Origin: an uncultured Candidatus Saccharibacteria bacterium
GTDB lineage: Bacteria; Patescibacteriota; Dojkabacteria; J137
Direction of reading: 5' to 3'
Assembly (NCBI GenBank): GCA_964414295.1
Contig: CAYPVU010000046.1
Location: 2,767-66,766, forward strand
DNA: 64,000 nucleotides
The notes under the pieces were generated by a model that saw only the letters and a list, made by a program, of their open reading frames with translations, did no database searches and was not told the DNA's origin. This document shows, piece after piece, positions 25,879 through 36,892 of this stretch. Position 1 is the first letter of the stretch; each line of letters begins with the position of its first letter. Made by a program: the position numbers and the translations under genes.

Positions 25879-28278
25879 CTACTTTCCCATTTTAAGATCT
25901 TCTTGGTTTTTTAAAAATGTTCTTAAAGCTTTTATTCTAGCTGCAAATTCACCAACATTATTAAATTCATATACGTTATTGGTAACTTCACCTGTAATAG
26001 GTTCTACTATTTGCATAGTAGCTTTAACTTTACCATCATCAGATCTATTAATAATCATTGGTACACCAGGTATTAATTCTCTACCATCTTTACCATCAGT
26101 AACTATTTTATCTCTACCTTTACCACCATCAGAAAAAGAATTAAATCTATCGTTTAATACTTCAGTTAATTCTCCTACTCCTTTTTCTCCCCAAGTAGCA
26201 TCTAATATTTCTTGATCTAGTCGAGGATATTTAACCATTAATCTAAGATTTTTATCTAAGTCTTTATGTTTAATAAAGTTACCTTTATCATCAATAGGAG
26301 ATACTTGTATATAATAACCATCTCTAGTGTTAATAACACCATCAATTTTCATTGCTGATATTTTATCATTAGACCCTAATCTTTCATATTCTCCATTAAC
26401 TAAAGATACATCTTCACCAGTTTCTGGATCAATATATCTATAATTAAATACTTGATTATTGATTACATCACTAGCTTTAAATGTACCATCTTGAGATTTA
26501 GTAATATTACCTCCAAATACTCCTTTAGTAACATTCATCCATTTATTTAATTCTGGACGTTTAGCTTGTGTTTCATCATCATCTATTAATACTAAATTAC
26601 CTTTTTCTCTTTTATCTGTAAATAATTCTTTATATGCTTCTTCATTATTAGCTTCTAAGAAGTCTACAACTTTACCAGAACCATTATTTTTAGCTGAAAC
26701 ATTATTAAAACCTTTACTTATATTATCTCTAATAATTTTTTGTTTATATTCTTTAGGTAAACTATTGAAAAATTCTATTGGTGAGTTATGACCAGAGTCT
26801 TTAAGTATTGTTAAGTAAGGTTCTTTATCATACTTATTTAACTCTACCAAAATAGCTTGTTTGTAAGGATCTTTACTATTACGCAAATCATCCATATTAT
26901 TTATTGGTTGTAAATCATTAACATAAGCTTCTATATATTCAGATTTAATAGCTTTAGGAAACTGTTTAACTAATTCTTTATCTATCTTAGATAGATTAGA
27001 GTAATTCTTTAATATTTTTTGACCAGATTTTTCTAATAATCTAGAATGGAAATTTTCATATCTTTTAGCTTTTTCAGAAGCTATTTCATGATTCATTAAA
27101 TATCTAGCAGCATCATCTCTACCAACAGGTAATCCTCCTTCAGTCATACCTTGAGCTAATTGATTAATAACTTCTTCTCTATTAACTATATTACCAAATT
27201 TATCATATTTTATATTAATGTTTCCTTTAACTATTCTGAAAGTATCAAATTCTTCTTTAGAATTAAATCCTAAAGCTTCTGGTGTAAATAAAGCTTGTCT
27301 AGATTTTTCAGTTTTGTCCATAAGATCTAGATAATTTCCAAAATCATAATCTTTCAATTGATATTCTACTTGACCTAAATCAATACCAAATTCTCTAAGA
27401 TCATCTTGATTTTGACCACTACCTCCTCCACCACCAGTTCTACTTTGTCCTACAGGTTTCATACCTTGTGTAGTATTCTCTTCATCAAAAGCAAATATTT
27501 TCCAAGAATCTATTATTTCTTTCATAATATCTTCTTCAGTCTTTTTTAAATTACCTTTATTAGATCTAAAGTAATAATCTGCTGTTTCATCAGTATCTTT
27601 ATTAGCTATCATATATCTAGCATGAGCTCTTGCAGCATCTACTACTCTTTGCATATTAGTATTCAAATATTTTCTTTGACCAGTTGTAGTTCTTATAAAA
27701 CCTTTACCATTTTCATCATAAGATATATCTGTACCTTCTCTATAAAGATCTGCTATATCTGGTTTTAAATGTCTACCTTTTTCTAACCAATCTTTTTCAA
27801 CATCTGCATAAGCAGTATATTTATACCAATTAGGATCAAAGTTACCTTGTTGTTGTTGCCATTGTCCTAACTCACTATCATATCCATGATAAATAGCTTT
27901 AGGATCTTTCATTCTAATTTGATCAACTAATTTTCTATATTCTTCATCAGCTTTAAGTGTTTGATATTCAGAGGCTAATTGATTAGCAACACCCGCTACT
28001 TTACCTCTAAATCCTAAAACATTACCTGATTTCATTAATTCAGCACTTAGTTCATCTAATTTTTGATTTTTAAGTTCTCTAAAAGCTTTAGCTCTATCTT
28101 GAGTACTATATCCGCCAGCTACATCTAAAGCAGCCCTTTTTTCTTCTAATAAGTTCAAAGAATCATCTAATTGCTTTTGTCTAAAAGCACCAGCTTGCAT
28201 TAATTCATTAAAAGGTAATGGTACATACTGAGAAACAAATTGTCCTGGTGCATATACATCAAATTGACTAACAGCCAT
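25879..28278 (-). CDS. large virion structural/ejected protein (799 aa)
   Basis: Intact ORF in the late operon with a GGGGGSG linker. No catalytic motif recognised. Confidence 0.4.
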   Translation of the reverse strand: MAVSQFDVYAPGQFVSQYVPLPFNELMQAGAFRQKQLDDSLNLLEEKRAALDVAGGYSTQDRAKAFRELKNQKLDELSAELMKSGNVLGFRGKVAGVANQLASEYQTLKADEEYRKLVDQIRMKDPKAIYHGYDSELGQWQQQQGNFDPNWYKYTAYADVEKDWLEKGRHLKPDIADLYREGTDISYDENGKGFIRTTTGQRKYLNTNMQRVVDAARAHARYMIANKDTDETADYYFRSNKGNLKKTEEDIMKEIIDSWKIFAFDEENTTQGMKPVGQSRTGGGGGSGQNQDDLREFGIDLGQVEYQLKDYDFGNYLDLMDKTEKSRQALFTPEALGFNSKEEFDTFRIVKGNINIKYDKFGNIVNREEVINQLAQGMTEGGLPVGRDDAARYLMNHEIASEKAKRYENFHSRLLEKSGQKILKNYSNLSKIDKELVKQFPKAIKSEYIEAYVNDLQPINNMDDLRNSKDPYKQAILVELNKYDKEPYLTILKDSGHNSPIEFFNSLPKEYKQKIIRDNISKGFNNVSAKNNGSGKVVDFLEANNEEAYKELFTDKREKGNLVLIDDDETQAKRPELNKWMNVTKGVFGGNITKSQDGTFKASDVINNQVFNYRYIDPETGEDVSLVNGEYERLGSNDKISAMKIDGVINTRDGYYIQVSPIDDKGNFIKHKDLDKNLRLMVKYPRLDQEILDATWGEKGVGELTEVLNDRFNSFSDGGKGRDKIVTDGKDGRELIPGVPMIINRSDDGKVKATMQIVEPITGEVTNNVYEFNNVGEFAARIKALRTFLKNQEDLKMGK

Positions 28279-28292
28279 AATTTATATTTTTA

Positions 28293-30647
28293 TTAACCTT
28301 GGTTTCTTGATTTTAATCTATAATAATCATCATATGTAAAATATGGGAACATATCTTTAAGTGTTTGAAACTTAACTTGATCCATTTGATCCATTTTTAC
28401 ATCTCTAGATTGTCCTTGATAAATACCTGATGTATTTTGTAAAGCAGCTGCTCTAATATTTCTAGCATTAGCATCAGTCATAACTCTACCAGTATCATAC
28501 ATATTTTGATATCTAGCTGCTTCAGAACCTAATCCCATTAAAGATTGTGCTTCTTCAGCTCTCATTTGGTTATTAGCCATTTGTTCTTGCATTCTAGCAT
28601 TAGCTAAAGCTCTTTGTGTATTAGCTCCTATTTGAGCACTATTAGATAGATATCCTCCAACGTTACCAGCAAGTCTAGCATTTTGTCTAGCTATTCTAGA
28701 TTGAACATTAATATCTTCTATAATAGGACGCATATCTATTTGTCTATTACGCATTAAAGATTTAACATTACCATATTCAGGATTAGTAGTTAAAGGCACA
28801 TAATCTTTTTTACCAAAAGTTTGTCCAAATTGATACATATTACCTAAATGAGGAATTATCTTATTAGCATAATCCATATAGTTAGGTGAACCAGTAGAAG
28901 GAGTAGTAGCTTTTAAATCAGCAGCTCCTCTTGCTTCAGCAGCAGCTTTATCTGCTAAATACTCTTGCATAGGATCACCATAAGTTCTCTGTGAAGGATA
29001 AGAAACATTAGTATTCATAACAGTACCTAAAGGACCTTGTTGAGAATTATTTATTTCAAATCCTCTTCTAGGCATAGAAGTCATAGGATTTAAAAAAGTA
29101 TCATAATCAAATGTTTCTGGTCCATTAAACATACCTCCATAAATATTATTACTGTTAGTTCCAGTATTATCAAATTCATATAGAGGTTCTATTCTAGGAC
29201 TTCCTACTCCTCCACCATCTACTCCTCCACCACGTCGATATTTCTTAGGATTAACATCAGTTTTTAAAGTACCTTTTAATTCTTCATCAGGTATTCTTAC
29301 AGATTTTTTATAAGTAGAATCAAATGTTTCTCTACCATATTGATCTTTATAAACTGGTACAGATTGTCCTGTAGCAGGATTAACTCTATACTGAGGAGCA
29401 CCATTTAATATTGCTGGTTTATTAGCCACATCTATTTGTCTATAAACAGGACCTTTAGGGATATTAGGAGTATTTGCTGTAGTATTAACTATAGGATTAG
29501 TTTTCATTTTATTAGTAACAGAAGCTTTAGCAAAAGGTTTTTCATATATTACTTCTTGTACTGGTTTTTTATAAATAGGAAATTGAGCAGTACCTGCTGC
29601 GCTAGGTATGTTAGTTACACCTAAAGGTTTAATAGGTTCTCTATCATATATTCCAGGATGAGCACTTAAAGGATCTATTTTTTGTCCTAATGGTCCTACA
29701 GGATTTCTACTATACTGATCTACAGTATAATTAAATAAATTTAAACTGTCTTGATAAGATTTTAATCTAGGATCATTTGGATCTGTTACTTTAATTGGAC
29801 CACCATTAGCATATTTAACTTTCATTGTTAAAGTATTAATATAGTCTTCAGTAGACATATTTGAGCTACTAGCAAGATCATCAAATGTTGATTTATACTT
29901 TTTATTTATTTTAATTTTACCTCCATTACCAAACATATCAAATTCTTGAGTAGCTGCTCCTTGAGATAATAAATCTATTGCTTGTTGTTCAGCTTGTTCT
30001 CTTTTAGCTTGTTGATTAGTTACATTAGCTTCTATAGATTGTCTAGTAAGCTTATCTCCTTTAAGATACTTTTCTCTTAAATTAGCTGGAATAATTATAT
30101 TACCTTCTTGAGCTTTAATATTACCACCAGGATCTATCATACTAGGATCTTCTGGATGTTTTGGTTTATTTTTAAAGTCTTTAATGATTTTACCATTACT
30201 AACTTCTAATTCATTTCTTTCAACATTAATAGTTGTTTTTGGAACAATTCCTCCTTTTTTCATTACAAAATTAGTTTGAACTTGATTAACTGCTTCTTTA
30301 CCAGCTTGTTGTCCAGCCATAGTAACAGGAGCAGGTACACCAGCAGCTTGAGTAGCAATAGGCGCAGCCATTCTCATCATAGAAGCATACATATCAGCAC
30401 CAGTATCAAATGTTTTACCAGCTTCTGTTTTATATTCGTAACCAAATAAATCAGAAGTATTTTTACCTGTTACTGCTTGCAAGGTAATCCCTAAAGGATT
30501 TACTCCCATAGCAGTATCTAAAGCCCCCATACCTAAATCTTTTAATTTATCAGAATTAGTAGGCTTATCTTTATCTTGTGTGTATATACTACCTCCACTT
30601 TGATATCTTTTAGCTAACTTAGCTTTTATGTAGGTGTTCTTTTTCAT
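28293..30647 (-). CDS. large virion structural protein (784 aa), Q/N/M-rich C-terminal region
   Basis: Intact ORF with Gly-rich linkers (GGGVDGGGVGS) and a C-terminal low-complexity region. Confidence 0.4.
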   Translation of the reverse strand: MKKNTYIKAKLAKRYQSGGSIYTQDKDKPTNSDKLKDLGMGALDTAMGVNPLGITLQAVTGKNTSDLFGYEYKTEAGKTFDTGADMYASMMRMAAPIATQAAGVPAPVTMAGQQAGKEAVNQVQTNFVMKKGGIVPKTTINVERNELEVSNGKIIKDFKNKPKHPEDPSMIDPGGNIKAQEGNIIIPANLREKYLKGDKLTRQSIEANVTNQQAKREQAEQQAIDLLSQGAATQEFDMFGNGGKIKINKKYKSTFDDLASSSNMSTEDYINTLTMKVKYANGGPIKVTDPNDPRLKSYQDSLNLFNYTVDQYSRNPVGPLGQKIDPLSAHPGIYDREPIKPLGVTNIPSAAGTAQFPIYKKPVQEVIYEKPFAKASVTNKMKTNPIVNTTANTPNIPKGPVYRQIDVANKPAILNGAPQYRVNPATGQSVPVYKDQYGRETFDSTYKKSVRIPDEELKGTLKTDVNPKKYRRGGGVDGGGVGSPRIEPLYEFDNTGTNSNNIYGGMFNGPETFDYDTFLNPMTSMPRRGFEINNSQQGPLGTVMNTNVSYPSQRTYGDPMQEYLADKAAAEARGAADLKATTPSTGSPNYMDYANKIIPHLGNMYQFGQTFGKKDYVPLTTNPEYGNVKSLMRNRQIDMRPIIEDINVQSRIARQNARLAGNVGGYLSNSAQIGANTQRALANARMQEQMANNQMRAEEAQSLMGLGSEAARYQNMYDTGRVMTDANARNIRAAALQNTSGIYQGQSRDVKMDQMDQVKFQTLKDMFPYFTYDDYYRLKSRNQG

Positions 30648-30656
30648 ATATTAAAA

Positions 30657-30669
30657 TTTTGCAAATATA
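30657..30669 (-). promoter_or_regulatory. TATATTTGCAAAA promoter-like element upstream of the 784-aa gene
   Basis: Plus-strand TTTTGCAAATATA lies 10-22 nt upstream of the start at 30647. It is the same motif found at 25391 and 38068. Confidence 0.35.
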
Positions 30670-30714
30670 AGTAAATCAAAGTTATAATCCAAAAAAATAC
30701 TATAATATTTTTTA

Positions 30715-33700
30715 TTATCTAGAAGATATTCTAAATATAGTAGTTAGTAAATGGAATATTAATTTTTTATTATTGTTATTATTATAAGTAAATCTAGCTT
30801 TAATATACTTATCTCTTAATCTATCTAAAGTACTAGATCTAGGTATAAATAATTGCCAAGTTCTTTCTTTACGTTTAATAGTATTATTAGGAGTTAATGT
30901 TATTAAGTTAGACTGCTGATAATCAGTATTACATATAACAGTATTAAATGTTTCTTCTAATTGATTATTATTAGTATCTAATACTTCAGTAAGTAATTCA
31001 AAATTATCAAAAGTCTTAGTATAAATAGGTTTATCATTAGCAATAATATCTACAGTAGAATCATATATAGTACCATAATATTCACAATAATTGTCTTTAC
31101 CATGTATGTATAATTCATTAGGTATTGTAGGATTAGGTGTTATAATACGTTTACCATCATTTATATAAATAGTTGGTTTAAATGATAGGAAACTAATAAA
31201 AGCATCTAAAGACTCATCATAACTAATAGTGAACTTATTATTCACTTGTATTTTATTATTTAAATTTACTATTTCTGTTTCAACAGAAGGATATTCATTA
31301 TATTGTTTACCATCTAAATCTTTAAATGTATATAGTACTTCATTTCTAATTCTATTATAAGTACCTGTAATACCACTAAAATCTTGATGTATTGGGTTAT
31401 CTTCAAGTCTTATATTACCTTTTAATATATCTTGAAAGAATGAATGTAGACCTTTTATATCAGATACTGATTGATTTTGTCCATTAAATCTATAAAACTT
31501 ACGTTTTAATATATCTAACCAATACACAGAGTCATCAGTTTGTACTAAACTAAATTGATGTTTAGTACCAGTATCATTAGATATATATTTATGTGTTTGT
31601 ATTGTACTACCAGTACCTAATATTAAATCTGTTGTTCCTTGTATTAAAGCTGTAGGATTAATTAATATTTGTGAGAAAGCTCTATCTTGAAATACTAAAG
31701 CATTATCTCTAACTACTACTGCACCATTAATTGGACCATATACAGACTCTAAATCATAAAATCTATTAGTTTTCCATATAGTCCAACTATCTGTTAATTC
31801 TCCATTTATTTTCTCATTAGAAGCATAGATTCTACAATCATATTCTTGTTGATTAATAAACTCTAATGGTTTAGGTAAATATTTAACTATATCATTATCT
31901 ACAGAATATACTAACTGATATACAAAATCATCACCAAAGAAATGTGAATAAGAGTTGTTTGTTTCTTCAACAGAATTATAACCAACTCTGTTCATACTCA
32001 TTCCTGTTCCTACTCCTCCTTGTATAGCTCCATTATACCATCTAACATCAAAATTATAAGAAGATTCACAAGGAAAATACCATATTGCTCCTGCTCTAGA
32101 TATTACAGAGTCTGTAATATTTATACCATTTCCCCAACCTTTAAATAAAGCAAAATGATCAAAAACAGATACAAAAGTATCTCCTCCAAAACAAGTAACA
32201 GAAGTACTATTACCTAAATTAGCAGAACTAATAGGTATTAATCTGCTACAAGCTATATATTCATTTTGAGCTCTATTTTCATATCCTTTACCACCATATT
32301 GATTAGGATTAGGTCTATAGTAATGAACATAATAGTGTGCAGGAGAACCTGGAACATGTGGAAGAGTTTCACCATTATCTAGTACTAAAAATAAACAAGT
32401 ATTACCTGCAAATCTAACTTGATTTGGAGTATGTGCTAAACTACCATCTGTTGGTACATGTGTATTATAACATTGTGAACCATTAGATAATGTTACACTT
32501 TGTGTTAATACATCTGTGCTTGGAAAATGAGCTTGACTTATTTTACAATCCTGAATTTCAGAAAAAATACTATTAGAATAAAATTTAGGAGAACCTCCAT
32601 TAGAATAAAACTTATAAAAGAATACAGAATTTTCAGCTGGATAAGTACCTATAGAAGGCTCATATACAGTAGTATGATCTCTAGTTATATAACCTCCTAA
32701 GTATATTTTATCTCCTGTTTGAAATTTAAAAGTTTTATTAATAACTATTTCTGGAGATACTAATACAAAATGATCATCTGATATAACATTTGCTCTTAAA
32801 GGTTGGTGACTATCTTCATTAGCATCTAATAAATCAGGAGTCCCGTTTAATAAATCAGATCTATGTAAAGTACTATTACTAGTTTCTCTAAACATATGAT
32901 TCATTAAACCATTAAATAATATAGTTTTATCTGAATCAGTTCTTTTAACTCTAACTATAGAATATCCACTTATTTTATCTTCTATTAATGAAGTATTAAC
33001 TTGAAAATTTACACCCAAATTATATATAGTAGAATAATCAAAAGGGCTACTACTTGTTACAGCACATATTCTTTCATCAATAGGCATTTTAATATCACAT
33101 ATCCATTTAACAAAGTAAGGTTTACCTTCTTTATTAAAAAATTGAATACCAAATCTATAAGTTTCTCCTCTTTGAAAACCTTTTAATAATCCACTAGTAT
33201 AAGCACCATTAGCTTCAAAAGAGTTTTTATTTACATATTGTCTATTAGAAGAGTCTAAAGTATATGTATTATTAGTTCTTCCTTTATTTCTATATCCAGG
33301 AGCTACTATAGATTGTCTGGAATAATCTCTAAAAGGATTAACAATAATTTCATCATTAGTAGGATAATTAACAAAATTAAAAGATATATTAGGTCCTATA
33401 CCACCTACATTTCCAGAATTATCATAAATATAATCATCATCATTAGGAATTATACAGTCAGCTTTAGGATCTATTTGATTATTAGTAGGCACAGTATTAG
33501 TTATAGTAAATTCATTAGCTCCAGATATATTATTAATATCCATTACATAATTACCATTATCTAACTTATATCTAAAAGCTCTGGCATCATATTCAGGTAA
33601 ATCATCCATATCACTTCTAACATTAAGAGCAAATAGGATATTGTCTTTAGTTATAAGTTCTTTACAATGGGTAAAGCTATATTTTAAGTCTAATAGTTCA

Positions 33701-34893
33701 TCTAAACTAATAGTACCTAGATTTTCACTACCAGAATCAGTAAAAGTATAAGGACCTAAAGAAGGAGTATTTTCATCTTTAATTTTAGTAATTGTAGGAT
33801 TACTTGTGATAGTATCTCTATATATTCTATATACTTCTATTCTATTATAATCAGCATCTGGATAATTAATTATACCTCTAATAGACTTGGTGGTAGTTAC
33901 ACCAACACTACCTCTTATATCTGTTACCCAATTATCTAATTTATCATTACCTTCTAATATATAAATAGGATAACTTAAATCTGAAAATACTGTTTCTTGA
34001 CCTCCAGTAGTTCTTAAAAAATAAGCATATTGTACTATACCTGTTTTGTGAGAACCTCCTGATTGTAAAATATCTGTTAGTATAGGAGTATCTAAGTTAA
34101 CAGCAGATGATACACTTAAATTATCTATATCTACTAAAAATCCATTAGGATCAGCAGTATTAAACTTTCTTAATTTATTGTGAAAATCTGTAAAATAAAT
34201 ATTTTGAGTTTCTGGTATTTCATATCTTCCTATAACTCTTCTCATAGGATGATATTTAGTAAAACCACAAACATTGTTATATAATAATTCTAAATTAGTT
34301 ACAGCATCAGATTTATCATTATACTCTAATTTCCATATTTGACCTATACCATTAAAATCATTAGTATCATGATTAGTAGTTAATAATATTATAGTATCTC
34401 TAATAGTAGTCCAACCTATTACTTCTAAATCTGTTTGAACAGGTATTTTAACTGTAAATTGAAAATCTGCTGTGGCTGAATAAGTAATATTTACAAATTG
34501 ATTAACTGCTGTAAATACTAATCCTGTATTTTGATTATTAACCCAAACTTTAATTCCTAAATTTTGTAAAACAGTATCAGTATCAAATTCATCAGCTAGC
34601 TTTTTTAAAAATCCTTTTAATGTTAAACCATTTCTTAATACAGATTTATAAACACCATTAATAGTAAAACCACTTGCTCCAGTTATAGGAAAGTTACCAC
34701 CATTATATACAGCTTCTATAACAGAACTAGTATTAGGTATAGTTAAAGATAGTTCATTACCTTTATAATTAACTAAAGCTCCTTGATTTCTTCCTACACC
34801 AAAATTTAAAGCATCTTTATAAGTATTTTTATTTTGAATTAAATTAGAAGCATCTTTATTCATGCCTCCAACAAATGTATTAATACTTTCCAT
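30715..34893 (-). CDS. tail fibre / tail spike-like protein (1392 aa)
   Basis: Very large beta-rich protein with Asn/Thr/Tyr-rich composition, placed downstream of the lysis cassette in the late operon. Confidence 0.4.
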   Translation of the reverse strand: MESINTFVGGMNKDASNLIQNKNTYKDALNFGVGRNQGALVNYKGNELSLTIPNTSSVIEAVYNGGNFPITGASGFTINGVYKSVLRNGLTLKGFLKKLADEFDTDTVLQNLGIKVWVNNQNTGLVFTAVNQFVNITYSATADFQFTVKIPVQTDLEVIGWTTIRDTIILLTTNHDTNDFNGIGQIWKLEYNDKSDAVTNLELLYNNVCGFTKYHPMRRVIGRYEIPETQNIYFTDFHNKLRKFNTADPNGFLVDIDNLSVSSAVNLDTPILTDILQSGGSHKTGIVQYAYFLRTTGGQETVFSDLSYPIYILEGNDKLDNWVTDIRGSVGVTTTKSIRGIINYPDADYNRIEVYRIYRDTITSNPTITKIKDENTPSLGPYTFTDSGSENLGTISLDELLDLKYSFTHCKELITKDNILFALNVRSDMDDLPEYDARAFRYKLDNGNYVMDINNISGANEFTITNTVPTNNQIDPKADCIIPNDDDYIYDNSGNVGGIGPNISFNFVNYPTNDEIIVNPFRDYSRQSIVAPGYRNKGRTNNTYTLDSSNRQYVNKNSFEANGAYTSGLLKGFQRGETYRFGIQFFNKEGKPYFVKWICDIKMPIDERICAVTSSSPFDYSTIYNLGVNFQVNTSLIEDKISGYSIVRVKRTDSDKTILFNGLMNHMFRETSNSTLHRSDLLNGTPDLLDANEDSHQPLRANVISDDHFVLVSPEIVINKTFKFQTGDKIYLGGYITRDHTTVYEPSIGTYPAENSVFFYKFYSNGGSPKFYSNSIFSEIQDCKISQAHFPSTDVLTQSVTLSNGSQCYNTHVPTDGSLAHTPNQVRFAGNTCLFLVLDNGETLPHVPGSPAHYYVHYYRPNPNQYGGKGYENRAQNEYIACSRLIPISSANLGNSTSVTCFGGDTFVSVFDHFALFKGWGNGINITDSVISRAGAIWYFPCESSYNFDVRWYNGAIQGGVGTGMSMNRVGYNSVEETNNSYSHFFGDDFVYQLVYSVDNDIVKYLPKPLEFINQQEYDCRIYASNEKINGELTDSWTIWKTNRFYDLESVYGPINGAVVVRDNALVFQDRAFSQILINPTALIQGTTDLILGTGSTIQTHKYISNDTGTKHQFSLVQTDDSVYWLDILKRKFYRFNGQNQSVSDIKGLHSFFQDILKGNIRLEDNPIHQDFSGITGTYNRIRNEVLYTFKDLDGKQYNEYPSVETEIVNLNNKIQVNNKFTISYDESLDAFISFLSFKPTIYINDGKRIITPNPTIPNELYIHGKDNYCEYYGTIYDSTVDIIANDKPIYTKTFDNFELLTEVLDTNNNQLEETFNTVICNTDYQQSNLITLTPNNTIKRKERTWQLFIPRSSTLDRLRDKYIKARFTYNNNNNKKLIFHLLTTIFRISSR

Positions 34894-34907
34894 TTTATAT
34901 AATTATA

Positions 34908-35711
34908 TTAATGTTGTCTTCTTCTTTCTTGTGAACCAGTACTTCTAAAGAAATCATTATGTTGATTAACTTTAGGTACTAATCTCATAATTTGATTTTT
35001 AATCATTTCCATTTTATCTGGATTAGGCATTGTAGCTCTATTTTGAGCAGCTCCTACATACCACATCCACTCTCTTTCAGCATGTTCAAACTTAGCTCTT
35101 TTAGTATCATCAGCTATCCACATTCTATAAAAGATTTTCATCATTAAATAAGACTTAACAGCATTCTTATATTTAATATCTTCAGGGATTAAAGGATATC
35201 CATCATTATCTACAGGAAAAGCCCAATATGATATACATATATCACCTTCTTTTGTAGATAGTGTAATATATTCATTATTAATATCATAAGTAATACCAGA
35301 ACCACAGTTACCACTAACACAGTTAGTACATACATTAGAGAAAGAATTACCAAAGTTATCAATATAAATATCTTCAGCTGTTTTTTGAAGTTCTGATACA
35401 TTACAACAATCTCCGTCTAATAAATGATGAAAAGTATAACCAGCATATCTAGCAGCATGACCATTAACTGCTATTTGTCTTAGTTGATGAAAATCACAAG
35501 GTAATTTAGCTCTATAATTAGTTGCTTTTAAATTAGGATTATCCGCAGAACCAGTTACTTTTGCAATATATTGTTCAGGCATTCCTATAAGATCTAAAGC
35601 TTCATAAGCCCAATATATTAAATCTTCCCAAGGAAGCTCATCTTTAAATCCAGTATCTCTATAAACTGAATCTATAATTTCTTTTATTGAAGTGTATTTA
35701 CCGTTTAACAT
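34908..35711 (-). CDS. Cys-rich virion protein (267 aa)
   Basis: Cysteine cluster CCNVSELQ...CTNCVSGNCGSG. ATGA-coupled to the upstream gene. Confidence 0.35.
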   Translation of the reverse strand: MLNGKYTSIKEIIDSVYRDTGFKDELPWEDLIYWAYEALDLIGMPEQYIAKVTGSADNPNLKATNYRAKLPCDFHQLRQIAVNGHAARYAGYTFHHLLDGDCCNVSELQKTAEDIYIDNFGNSFSNVCTNCVSGNCGSGITYDINNEYITLSTKEGDICISYWAFPVDNDGYPLIPEDIKYKNAVKSYLMMKIFYRMWIADDTKRAKFEHAEREWMWYVGAAQNRATMPNPDKMEMIKNQIMRLVPKVNQHNDFFRSTGSQERRRQH

Positions 35712-36184
35712 TATTCAAAGTAGTCTATTTCTGGTTTATATTTTAGTAATTTAGCAAGAGTTCTTTTAGCATTTCTGCAAGGAGTAAAAGAGTAATAAGT
35801 TATATTATTGATTCTAGCTCCTTTTTTATTCCAATAAAATCTGTATCTATATCCATTTCTATGTTCATTCATATGGACTACTTTTTTACCAACTTCAAAA
35901 GTAGTTTTCCAATCTATAGACATTCTATTATTAGAGTAATTAATTTTATTTTTTTTTATTCTTAAACTACCTAAACTAAAAGGTAATTTAACTGTTTCAG
36001 ATTCTAATAATAACTTATCTATAAGTACTTTATTAGCTAATTTAATAATTTTATTATATGTTTTCTTATCTACTTGTAATTCTTTTAAAACAGTTTCTTT
36101 ATATATTTTATAAGAATCTTTAATAGTAAAGTCAGTTTTTATTTTATTTTCAGTTCTAGGTCTTCTTATTATATTATCACTCAT
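35711..36184 (-). CDS. hypothetical protein
   Basis: 157-aa basic protein. Confidence 0.3.
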   Translation of the reverse strand: MSDNIIRRPRTENKIKTDFTIKDSYKIYKETVLKELQVDKKTYNKIIKLANKVLIDKLLLESETVKLPFSLGSLRIKKNKINYSNNRMSIDWKTTFEVGKKVVHMNEHRNGYRYRFYWNKKGARINNITYYSFTPCRNAKRTLAKLLKYKPEIDYFE

Positions 36185-36211
36185 ATCTATCTACACTTCT
36201 AATACAGAAAA

Positions 36212-36892
36212 TTATTGTTGTTCAGTTGTTGGTTGCACTGTATGTTTAGCATCTCCAGCAGCATCTGTAGGAGCAGCTAAAGCTATTCTAAAGTTATTTT
36301 TAATTATCATTTCTTTCATTATTTCTATCATAGCAGAAGAAATAGGATAAGGATTATCATAACTAAAACATTGTTTATTATCACAATCTAAAAATGATTC
36401 AGTACTTTGAGGATCTTCAAATACTCCATGAATACTTATTTTCTCAACTAAATCATCATTCATTATATATAAGTAATCTTCTAAAAAGAAAACTCTTTTA
36501 ACGTTTTTAGTAAACTTATTAGTACCTACCCAAGGTACTCTAGAAAAAGGTATTATACTATAAGGTTTAGATGTTATATCTACAGGTTTTACAATAGTAC
36601 TATTATCATCTATTAATCTAGGTATCTTAACTTTACTTTTAACAATAGTACAATCAACATCTATATTACAGCAAGCAGAGGCATCAACTGCCTCTACTTC
36701 TGTACATAAAGTTTGATAAAAACTTTGAGATAAATCTTTTTTCTTATCTAATTGTTGTTTTATTAATTGAGCTCTTGTATTTTTAATCCAAAAAGCAACT
36801 TGTTCATCAGAAATTATTTCATCATCAGATTGTAGACCACCTCTAACAATGTTCTTTAAATCATATATTAATTGATTAAGTGTAGTACTCAT
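36212..36892 (-). CDS. hypothetical protein
   Basis: 226-aa ORF, coupled to the upstream gene. Confidence 0.3.
   Translation of the reverse strand: MSTTLNQLIYDLKNIVRGGLQSDDEIISDEQVAFWIKNTRAQLIKQQLDKKKDLSQSFYQTLCTEVEAVDASACCNIDVDCTIVKSKVKIPRLIDDNSTIVKPVDITSKPYSIIPFSRVPWVGTNKFTKNVKRVFFLEDYLYIMNDDLVEKISIHGVFEDPQSTESFLDCDNKQCFSYDNPYPISSAMIEIMKEMIIKNNFRIALAAPTDAAGDAKHTVQPTTEQQ

Noticed and set aside
35210-35401. 63-aa hydrophobic ORF in an alternative frame of the same strand inside the Cys-rich 267-aa gene
   Set aside because: Out-of-frame reading of Cys/Asn-rich codons gives Leu/Val/Ile runs. There is no independent start signal, so it is most likely spurious.
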